64,000 nucleotides of DNA from Callorhinchus milii (lineage: Eukaryota): positions 37,264,001 through 37,328,000 of the forward strand of contig NW_024704742.1 in the NCBI RefSeq assembly GCF_018977255.1. The letters run 5' to 3'. A program made the translations under genes and the position numbers. The notes beneath the pieces were generated by a model that did not search any database, was not told the DNA's origin, and saw only the letters and a list, made by a program, of their open reading frames with translations. Shown here one piece after another: positions 44,590 through 56,200 of this stretch; within the stretch, counting starts at the first letter, position 1; each line of letters opens with the position of its first letter.

Positions 44590-46230
44590 CAGCTTACCCA
44601 CTGTATATCCAGGGTCTGCTCTCCCGCTCCTACTGTCTCCTACTCCCGCTCCTCCCCCTGGTACACCACCCACCTCCGCTCACTGAAAAGCCAGGTGCGG
44701 GCTGCTGAACGCACCTGTGTCAAATCTGCCCTAACGGTCCACCGACAAATCTGGCTGGACCTCCTCAAAATTTACCGCTCCACTCTAGCCTCGGCCAAGT
44801 CGTCCTTCTACTCCAGGATAATCCTGGAGGCGAAGAACAACCCCAGGCTACTGTTTTCCACCACAACCCGACTCCTCCGTCCCCCCCGCCACCCCGCGCA
44901 GGTCATCTCCTCCAACCTTCACTGCGAGGAGATGCTGGATTTCCTTGAATCCAAGATCAAGGGAATTCGCTCCGCGGTCACTTCCCCTCCAACATCCACC
45001 AACCCCCCACCCCCTCACTCCCACACTCCGACTGCTACCCATCCTCCCCTACTCACTTTTGTACCCGTTTCCCCACCCTCTGTCACTAAACCTATCCCTA
45101 AAACCAACCACCTGCTCCCTTGACCCCATCCCCACTCCACTCCTTATCTCCCAGCTCCACTTTCTTGCCCCACATATCACCGACATCATCAACCTGTCCC
45201 TCTCCTCTGGCTCTGTCCCCATTCCATTAAAAACTGCCACCATCACGCCCACCCTGAAAAAACCCTCCCTTGATGCGTCGCAGCTATCAAGCTACCGGCC
45301 CATCTCCAACCTCCCCTTTCTCTCCAAGGTCCCAGAAGAGTTGTCGCCTCCCAACTGCGCTCTTTCCTTTCCACCCATTCACTTTTCGAACCCCTTCAGT
45401 CAGGTTTCCGTGCTGCCCATAGCACAGAAACTGCCCTGGTCAAGGTCACCAATGATATCCTGACCATCTGTGACCAGGGCTCCCTCTGTCTCCTCGTCCT
45501 CCTCGACCTATCGGCAGCATTCGATACGGTCGACCACGCTATCCTACTCCACCGCTTGTCCTCCCACCTCAACCTCCAAGGCACTGTCCTTGAATGGTTT
45601 AGGTCGTACCTTTCTCACCGTACTTTCCTGCACCAGGCTTCGGGACCACATCACACCCACCCTCGCTCGCCTCCACTGGCTCCCCATCCCCCAGAGGATC
45701 GAATTCAAGATCCTCATCCTCACCTACAAGGCCATTCACATCCTTGCTCCCTCCTACCTCTCCAACCTACTATCCCCCTACCTACCTGCCCGTACCCTCC
45801 GTTCCTCTGGCTCCGGTCTGCTCCACGTCCCCCGCCCCAATCGCCCTGCCATCGGTGGTCGGGCTTTCAGCCGCTCAGCCCCTAGGCTCTGGAATTCCAT
45901 ACCCCAGTGCCTTCGCCGCCTCCTCCCTTTCCTCCTTCAAGGTCGGTCTCAAAACCTTTCTCTTTGACCGTGCCTTCAGCTCCCCTCTCGACTTTCTTCC
46001 CCCTCCTCGCTCCCTCCCTTCCCTTTCCTCACCCTGACCATTTCCCCCCTCCTCGCTCCCTCCCTTCCTTCCCCTCACCCTGACCATTTCCCCCCTCCTC
46101 GCTCCCTCCCTTCCTTCCCCTCACCCTGACCATTTCCCCCTGCTCGGGTCCTGACCGTACTGTGCAGCGCCTTGGGACGTCCTCCTGACGTGAAAGGCGC
46201 TTTATAAATGGAATCTTGTTGTTGTTGTTG
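44590..46230 (+). mobile_element. L2-clade LINE with an internal deletion of the RT core and a tandemly expanded 3'UTR
   Basis: PWYT, YRPISNLPFLSKV, STETALVKV, LLDLSAAFDTVDH, then directly LHWLPIPQRIEFK; stem-loop and (TTG)n tail. Confidence 0.92.
45995..46140 (+). repeat. 46-bp pyrimidine-rich tandem repeat, about 3 copies
   Basis: Unit tttcccccctcctcgctccctcccttccttcccctcaccctgacca at 46041-46086 and 46087-46132, plus a variant upstream. Confidence 0.9.
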
Positions 46231-47082
46231 CTGTCTGTCAGTGACTAGTCCAGTGATTGCTCCACCGTCTGTCATTGACCTCCACACATCCACACACTCC
46301 CACCCTGCACAGAAATGATCAGCTCCCATGCAGTATTTGCCCACTCTCGGTCTACACACATCCTCATATCCTCCAGTACTCTCCCCACCCTAACATTTAT
46401 CCAGCTTCTTTTCAAGCTTTAGAATTGCAATTAATCACCACTGCATCCAAAAGGTGAGGAACACAACATCCTGCCACTTCAAGCAGGTTATTCTTAAACC
46501 TCTATCCTGTGGTTTGACATCAAGGCCTGGATGAGTGCCAATGTTCTGTACAGATTTTAGCACTTGAAGCTTTGAGAGTGACTATCCTCTGGCAATGGAA
46601 TCAAGCCAGCCCTCTGTGATGGTCTTGGTTGTTCTGTTCCAGAGACAGGCAGGTCGGCAGTATTCCAGGGCACTGCTGATGACAGCACAGTCAGCCTGGC
46701 TCATCGGCACGTCCTGGAACGGCAGACCAGTCACTGAGGGCAGGGAGTCATCTCAATCAACAACAACAGCTTGCATTTATATAGCTCCTTTCACATGAGG
46801 TAGTGTCCCAGAGCACGTGTTAACCCTGCAAGCCAAAACCCTAGTGGGTAGGATGGTCCTAGCTGGACTAGCAGTGGGAAAACTTGCCAGATGGCAATAT
46901 CAATGGCAAGCTATGCAGTTTTAGTTGGTTAGTCTCCAGCAGTACCCCAACACACACTCTGGGATCCCCAAACCTTGGCTCTTGTCAAGCTCCACCTAAT
47001 ACTTTCTGGAATTAAGTAAGCAGGATGCATCCCTCCAGCGAGAGTGTGTGCATTCTATTCCAACAATCTATCTCTAGGATTT

Positions 47083-47386
47083 AATAATAATAATAAACCT
47101 TGCATTTGATATAGTTCTTTTCACATCTTCTAGAAATCTCAAAGCGCTTCACAGAATATACTGTAAAGTGAATTGACTGTATATTTTGTGGGCGAAATAT
47201 GGAAGCCAGCAGTGGCCCACAAACAGTTGTGGATGAGTGACCAAATTATTATTGTTTTTTTCTTAAGGGATTATTATCAGGCGTGTGGAGAAAGGAAACT
47301 TGCCCAAGGTTTCACCCTGCCGGGAATCAAACCCAGGTCTCTCACTTGCAAGGTGAGTGCTCTAAACCACTGAGCTACAGGACTCC
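47083..47386 (-). mobile_element. tRNA-derived SINE copy
   Basis: Same family; interrupts an older unidentified repeat. Confidence 0.9.
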
Positions 47387-49385
47387 ATGTGTAGGGGGCG
47401 ACGCTTGGAAATTTCAGCTTGGTTTGGATATTCTTAAGCATGGTGATGGGTTTTCCTATGTGTTAGACACTAGGCTGACAAAAAAAAGCTTTGAGCCCAT
47501 GAATGTCTGAGCAACGTTGCTCAACAAGTTAGCTAACTCCTTGCAAACTTCGGAATGGAAAGAACAGATGGATGACATGTAGTTGTCAAAATTGTGTAAT
47601 TGAACCCATCTGAAATCACAAAATGGACAATATTTTTCCCCTATTCATCATATCCCATGTCCAGATTCATACCCACACAGAGTGGATTGTTGTCATTTTT
47701 GAAGCACTGTTTGATAATATAAAACAGATGTTTAGCATCACATAGTGAAACATCAATCCCCACCATCGGAGGTCACAGCAGCAATTTTTAGCAATCCCGC
47801 CTCCCCTTCTCTGGGATTCCATCCAAGAAGGCCCCCACCTCCCTCCCTCTCTCCTTTCTTTAAAGGCACATATAATCATAGAATCTTACAGTACAGAAGG
47901 AGTAATGCATCAACTAATTGCATAAATGTTTACTTATTTTTCCAGTATAGTGCTCAAAATGAAGAGCTGTTTTCTTCTGAATCCATTATATCAATTGCCT
48001 TGACTGCAAAGCAAGGGATATTATTGATTTTGGGGTAGAACATCACTTTTAGCATAATTTTGACAAAGCATTCTTTGTCATGCTCAAGTTTCAGTTTCAC
48101 TCCCTATTTTTGAATCAGGAAATGAGCTAAACACCAAGGTCAAGGATACCACAGTGAATTTATTAACAGGCAGTGATTAAATAAAATCAATCTTGTGATC
48201 TTGTGAATCTTTCCTCAAAACTCACCTCCCCTTAAAGAGTTGAGCTGAAGATTTGTTTGTGTGTGGGTGGGGGGTGGGGGGTTGAGCCTCTTCAAGCCAC
48301 CCACAGCCTATGAGTAGGAATGAAGTTTTGTAGAATGTAGAAATGTCTTTGATCATATATGAATGGAAGCACCAGGTTGTTTGGAATTGAAGACATACCC
48401 TGCTTGCCTAAACCCAAGAAGTATTAGAGTCTACGTTGGCAAGAGCCAAAGCTTCAGGACCTAAGATTGTGCACTGGTGTACTGCTGGAGTTCAACCAGC
48501 TAAAACAATACAGCTTGTCATTGTGTACACTGTCTGGGAAGCTTTCTGCTGCTTATCCAGCAAAGACTATCCTACCGATTAGAAGATTGCATTGCCGTAC
48601 CCTGAAACCTTGCAGTCACCTTGTAATTACTCTACAACCAGTTTATAAGGTGCTAACAGATGAATACTGTGTAAAAGAAAGAACATCCCTCTGTTCTCTC
48701 ACGTGTCGCTTTTAATATTTTATTTTGAATAAAACAAATAAGGCAGACAGTTTTAAAGCGGATACATATTTAACACCTGTGTAACACCTTATCAACATGA
48801 TAAGGAGCAGCATCAAATGCAAGGATTATTATTAAAGTGGATAAACATGAGTTTTAAAACAAGAATGCTAAGAATATTTTATACCCGCTGTTCAGCTTTT
48901 TATTTTGACATCTCATTTTTTACATCATGTCAGCCAATTCACTGACTGATGACTTCAACCCTATCTGTGTTGCAGTCTGAACACAATCATATAATCTCAG
49001 CACTGGTTTTTAATTGGTTTTATTTCAATGACCTGATCTCCAGCACTTTCTGATACCCGTCTTCAGAGTACAACAATACAACAAGCTATTACATTTTATT
49101 TCATTTACTTTAGCTTTGGAAGTTATGATTCAACATCAGAGCCAGTCAAATGATGAAGCATTCATATTAAAAAAATCAGCACAGAAATGAGAACTAATAC
49201 TAATATGGCGCAAGAGTCTACACAATCAGACAGTCAGAACAAACTGCCACAATACCCATCATCCCAGTGTTTAGGAACTGTGTCCAGGCCTCACCCATTT
49301 TTTCTGATAAACAGTAAATGGTACTTAAGTCCAAATGCTGTATTTGTTTACCAAATGGTTTGGTGTTGTCATGGGAAGGAGGTGT

Positions 49386-49424
49386 GGTTGGAAAGTGGGG
49401 TTGGAAAGTGGGGTTGGAAAGTGG
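49386..49424. repeat. 13-bp tandem repeat x3 (GGTTGGAAAGTGG)
   Basis: Directly visible. Confidence 0.85.
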
Positions 49425-50047
49425 CTGAAGAGCCTTTTTTTTAAATCAGAACTGATGTTGGAATCTTATGTTTCCCAGTAATTGATACACTGGCCTGTAA
49501 AGTAAGTAACCAATATAATATAATGGTAAATTAGTGACAATTAACAAAGTATTTTGTAACAAATATAATAAAAATAATACAAATGGGAGAGAAAAGGAAA
49601 ACGGGAAGAAGAGTAAAAAGACAATCTATCTCTTTCGAAAAGGAGCAAAACTGATACCTGAAAATAGACACCTGAATTAGAAAGAGAACTACAGTATCCT
49701 ATTGAAATATTCAAGATCCTATAGAGTGTACATAAACTAATAATTTGTTTAACATAATCACAAATACTAAAATAAGTGAGGACAGAAACAAATTTAGAGG
49801 AGAGAAAACCGACAGCTGAGAATTTACTACTTTATACAATAAATGAAAATATATGGAAAAGACGAACACGACAGCCAAATTGAATTCAAGTGAAGAGTAA
49901 ATAACTATTTGGTGAAGAAATCAATCGGGTAGTTTGAGAGACACGTTGGGGTATGATGATTTTACTTTGGGACTACTTTGAGTCCTTTCCACTCCTATAT
50001 ATTTCCTGTATTCCAACTTCTGCAAGATGCCGTCAGAAGTGCACGAT

Positions 50048-50268
50048 TCAATTTGAGATAAATGGCTGAGAATTAAAGTCTGTTTCTTCTGTAGAATCAA
50101 CTAAACGTTGATGTAAGACTGGCTCAAGCATTTCTGTGGTAGCTTGGTTAGGCTGGCTCAGCTTTTCGCTGTTTTCACCACTTGAGACGTTCATCTTTTT
50201 CTTGCCCTTTGTAAATAATGCTGATATCTGGAAATGGTTGCTGTTCTGTCTTTGGTACAGCTGATAGG
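50048..50268 (-). CDS. SLC10A6: SLC10A6-like exon 6: AYQLYQRQNSNHFQ...SQPFISN*
   Basis: tgtag| acceptor, phase 1; open for 221 nt to TGA at 50050-50048. Confidence 0.85.
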
Positions 50269-53200
50269 CTACATGTCAGTAAAACAAAATGGAATACAGA
50301 GCATATGTTACATTTTATTTATCATCACTAACAACTGTATGTTTTAAAGCTATAAACATGTGTTATTTTTACAGCTTGAGAACATTGAATATATACAAGT
50401 TTCAACATATTTCCAAACGATGTCAAAGAAACTTGTCAACACAGTAATTTTGGGACTAAGTGAGGTAATTTGCTTTAAAAAGAAGCCAAAGATCCTCTAT
50501 TGTTAAACAAACAATTTTTTGTGGCACTGTCAAAAAGTCACAAGTTTCATTCCTTCTTTGTGTTGAACGGGCTGATCTCAGCCAGAATACTAGGATTAGT
50601 TTAATTGCATCTTGCCTGAACTCAGGGAAATCAGCCAAGGTTTTTGCTCTTGTATGCTATCCAGTTAACAGTGTATGTTTGTGAACGCAATTGGGTTCTG
50701 CTGTGATGCCCTACAATTATAGGCAAATAATTGATCTAATCATCTTGTAATAGCAGCATTATTATAAGCAAACATGGGCCAAATAAAAGGAATGATACAT
50801 TCAGATTTAAACATTTAAACAAATTTTCAGGGGGTTATTAGCCCATCGGATCTGGGCAATTCTATCTGTTTCCCTAAATCACACTTTTTCAAAACTGTGA
50901 ATTAAACAGAAGTAAATCAAACACTTTAAACATAATTTTAATTGAAAATAAAAATAAAAGCTTTAATCCTGCTTATTATTCCAATTATTCTTTCTTATTC
51001 TCCCATTTGTATTTCCATTTTTAATTTGAATTTGACTCTTTCCCCTTAAAAAACAATATTGGGCAAATTGTATAAATTGGCTGCTATGTTTGCTTAAAAA
51101 TATATACAGTCACTGCACTTTACAGTATACCTTGTGAAGCGCTTTGAGGCATCCTCCAGATATGAAAGGTTCTATATCAAATGTAAGGATTATCATAATT
51201 TTTTTTAATATTGACCATGTCTTGTCCCTTCAGAATTAAAAATCTCTATCACATCCCATCTCAATCTCTTTGCTCCAGTTGGAAAAGATAAATTTTAGCC
51301 AGTCTCTTCATACTTTTATTACCTCATCCCTCTTATCATCTCACTGAATCTATGCTGTAACCTCTACTTCTCTGTAATACCTTTCCTATAATGACTATGA
51401 TACTCTAATCCTACCTTTTATTCTGTGTGCACCTACCTGCTGCAATCAGAAATCCATAGAAGATTTGACAACAAATGTAAATTAACGGGTATGCGGCCAA
51501 GGAGCGTTGTAATTCCAGATGGTCTTCAAAAGATATTAGAAGAATGGTTGCGCATAGATATCCATTTTGTGTTCCTGTTTCTATTGCTATAGTTCGACAT
51601 CTGAAAAAGAAAAGATACTATGAATTACTATTAAATAGAATAATGATATTCCTCTGTTACAGTATATTAGTTAGCACATAGACTATTTTTTATATATAAC
51701 AGAGCTATCATTTCATTATATTGCTCCTTTTTAAATCATCTATTTTCCCCTTCAATTTTCTACTCTGCTTCAAACACTGACTCATGCTGGAGTAGAATAA
51801 AACCTTGTACAACCATCCAAATGCCTGTTCTGCCTCTGTGAGCAATATAGAGTAAATGTCGGGAATTCATTAGACAACAACAATGACTTGGATTTATATT
51901 GCGCCCTCCACACCGGACGGCGTCTCAGAGCGCTTTACAATAATGGATCCCGGGGCCAAGCCAGGGGGAGGGGGGAAGGTGACCAAAGGCGCGGTCAAAA
52001 AGAAAGGTCTTCAGCCGAGACCTGAAAATAGGAAGAGAGGGGATGAGGCGAAGGGAGTGAGGAAGGGAGTTCCAGAGCCTCAGGGAGTATTGGCTGAAGG
52101 CACAGCCAACGATGGTGGAGCGGAGGATTCAGGGGGACAAGGAGGAGGCCAGACCCAGTGGAGCAAAGGCAACGGGCACTGTTGTGAGGAGAGAGGAAGT
52201 CAGAGAGGTTAGGGGGCTGCAGAGGAGTGGAGGATTTGAAGACAAGAGTGAGGATCTTGAAGTCGAATACTACACAAAGTACTTTCGAACATGAATGAAG
52301 GAGCAATGAACCAAAAGGATCAGATAGTAAATGAACTGTCTACCTGTGTTGGTTAAATAATCATAATAATCCTTGCATTTGATGTAGCACCTTATCACAT
52401 CTTCGAGATATGTCAAAGCGCATCACAGAATATACTGTAAAGTGAATTGACTGTATATTTTGTTAACAAAACGTAAAATTAAAATAAAGAGCACATTAAA
52501 GATATTTAAAGTTTAAATAGGATCAAGAACAACTTGTGAAAGAGGTGCTGGTGAGGGACTGGATGTGGGGGAGGAAGGATAATTGGGGGTCGAACCTAGA
52601 CTGTGGGAGTATCCTGTTTCAGCTGGCTGACTTGAATAAGGGAGGGTAATGGGTAACAGCCAAGCCCATTTCTGTGGCCATTCTGACATGCAGAGATCAT
52701 TAGGAAGTGATCAAGAACCTTGATACAGTACCATAAGATTCTTCTGACGAAAGGTCATTGACCTGAAACGTTAACTCATTTTCCTCTCCATAGATGCTGC
52801 CTGACCTGCTGCGTGTTCCCAGCAACATCTGTGTTTATACCAAGGGATTAGATGGGGTTTGCCCATCCCAGCTCAGGGGCAAACAGGCCAATTCTAACAT
52901 TAGCTAATAACAGCACAGACCAGGATAGAATTTGAGACCTTCCATATGTGTAAAAAAAATCACATAATGTATACCTTTGTGTCATAATTAGTGAAATCAT
53001 TGTCTCAAAGAATCACAATCATCTGCAAAGCAGACATGTGCAGTACAGTGTTTAATGAGAATAGAGTGAGTTTTATGATCCAATATGAAACAGGGAGTGC
53101 AAGCAGAATGAATGTCATGAAAGGAATATGATGTGAACATTACCTTTGCCATGACAAGCGTAAGATGACAGCCACGGTGAATCCAGCCAAGTACCCAATA

Positions 53201-56200
53201 AATGGGTTGATAATACCTATAACCAATAGTGACAAATCCGTACCCCACTGGCCTTTATGAAGCACTGAGGTAATCAGTGTTAGAATAATTAATAGTCCTG
53301 CACTCACAGCAGAACCCATCTGTGGAAAAACGCAGTTGGTTATTCAAGTGTGGTCAGAATATGAATTTGATCACGGTTGTAATGTGTAAAAAAAAAAGAA
53401 AACAGGTTTCAGGAGAAATCAGGTTTATAAATGTGCCAGGCTACATTAATGCTGAAGACATAAACTTAGATTTTTGTGCTTTAGCAGAAGTTGTTCATTT
53501 GGTAGATTGTTTCAGATGGAAATGTTTTGGAATTATACTACATCATCTATACAATACAATTTTGTATCTATAGATACAAAAGTTCAAATGGCTTTCATCT
53601 GTGCTCTATGTTTCTATGTTCCCTACCATTGTAAAGTACTCCACTCAGCTAACATTTGCCAGCTTCATATCTCCACCCGATCCACCTCACTGTCGGTAAT
53701 GAACTTTCAGCTTTTCTGCCACCATTCTCTGGAACTCCATCCTGGAGTCCCTCTGCTTTGCCCCTTTTCTTTCCACTATTTAAGGTTACCTTGACCTATG
53801 TTTTCACCCACACTTTGTCACTTTTCTCCCACCCTGCACCAGCTCGGTGCCCAGTCAGCTGTGTAAAGTCAGCCATTTCAAGACGTCCTCCCAACATAAA
53901 AAGCACTGTATAAGTGTAAATATATAAATTGTTATCATTTAAAGCTATTGTTTCTAATTGCTCTGCAACCTCTTATTGTACCTTTATATTCCCACTACCT
54001 CACATTTCCATGAAAACAGAGGCAAAATACAGTGCACATTTGGAAATTGTTGCCGTTCCTTCACAGCAACATTTCCCTGTTTGTCATTCTGCCTAGGTTT
54101 CCTACGTCACAAAGGACTGATTGTTGATATCAACTGTTGATATATGTTGATATCAACTGGCTCAATTTATAAAAGTAATAATCCCTGCATTTAATATAAT
54201 GCCCTATCGCCTCGTTCAATGATACGCCTCGGATGAGATGTTAAACCAAGGTCCCAACTACCTATTCAGGTGGATAATAAAGTTCCCATGGCACAATTTG
54301 AAAGGAGAAGGGAGTTTTTTCCTGTATCCTGACCAACAATCCCCCAAATAAAATGGTCACTCCATGGCTGTTTATGGGACATTGCTGTGCGCATCTACAT
54401 TCTATATTGGATCCTTTGATTGCAAAATTAGCTGCAATGGATACAGCTAGTTATATCTAAATCTAACAACTCTGAACCCTCCTACTTGAAGGTTTGGTTC
54501 CTTTTTCAAACTATACCTTTTCTTGCTCTACTGCCTATGTTGGTAGTTTGTTCAATTAATGTTTATGTTTACATTCAGGGAGTAAGAAGGCAACATGAAT
54601 TTATCCTGAGTTATCCAGTGTGTCGTACTGAAGTTTGCACAAATGGAAGAAAAAGAACACACTTACCTTGAGAAAGATTTTAGCTTGTTTTGGCCACTTC
54701 CTTTTGAATAAAATTCCAAATGCTATTGGAATAATCAAAGTAACCAATCCAATACCTGGTTTAGAAAAGAAAAGTATCATTCCATATTGTAATAATAATC
54801 TTGTATTTGGTATAGCACCTTTCACGTCAGAAGGACGTCACATTAAAGTGCAGTGTTTTTTGGAGCGCAATATCAGTTACTGACTTCACTGAAACACAAT
54901 TAATTGTTTCATTCATCCATATCCATAGACCCTGGAACATGTCGGTAATATTCATATTAGTCAGTGTAATATTAGCTACTTTGTTTGACCAAATTCAGCA
55001 AAACTGATTTTTGAAACTCTGTTGGGTTCAACCTTTCAATCCCACCAGAGTGGAGACTCTATAGGGAGTTTAAGGTACAGAATGGAGTATTCCCAGTGCA
55101 GAACCTTGGTGTCTAGTTCAACCCTCAACTGTCCTTTAAACCCCGGATACATAACCCATTCTGTTTTCCTCCATCTCAGCAACATTGTCCGCACTGGCCT
55201 GCTTCATGTCCCCCGCCCCGCCCGGCCCATCATTGACTGTCAGATCGTCATCTTTTCTGCCCCCATCCTCTGGAACTGCATCCCGGAATCCCTCCACCTG
55301 ACCCCCTCCCTTGTCTCCTTCAAGGCCCATCTCAAAGCCCTTCCTTTTTAACCATGCCTTTGGCCATCCTCCCACCCACCCCTACCCTCCACCCCTCTTG
55401 ATTCCAACCTGAAGCAAACCCTTAACAGCGCCTTGGGACGTCCTTCTATTGTAAAAGGCACTATACAAGTGTACTATTTTGTAGTTGTCTAAACACCAGC
55501 ATGGATTGTTTGGGCTGAGTGACGTGTTTCCGTGCTGCTATGTTCTATATAACTCTTTCTCAGCATGTAAGTTTAAGAGGTGCCATTCATGGCTGCAGCT
55601 GGAAGAGGTTGTCTGCTTGAACAACAAAGCAGCTACTGAGAGCAATAAATAGTATGAAGCAAGCCACTAAAATCATGACATCTACAGTCAGTCATACTTA
55701 TCCCATTGACAACATTTGATTATTATCATCATTAAAGACTTGCCAGCACTTGAAACATCCCTACGGATGTGCTTTAGACTTTTTCCAAAAGACATACATT
55801 TTCAAACAGCAAGAATGTCATTTATAGTTGAAATTGTTTATTTTTTTAAATGATTTATGTTTTACTGGGGAATCTAATGTTACAGTTGAAATTGTTTATT
55901 TTTTAAAATGACTTTATTGTACTGGAGAATCTAATGTGACACAATATTATTTTGTTTATACCGTACAGATTGACCCAACATAAACCTAACCTTTTTGAAG
56001 GCTTGACTATTCTCAATATTGTTTATAAACTCAGATTCATGTATCAGTGCTGAAAGCCCCTAGCTGGTGTAATTTGGATTCATGTCAGTGCTAATTCAGA
56101 TCCACATTTGATCGTAACCCTTATTGGTTCTGCAAGACACTGGCTGACACCTAAGGAAATGTAACTCACTCCAGGCTGTTAAATTTCAGTGTTCTGCCTC

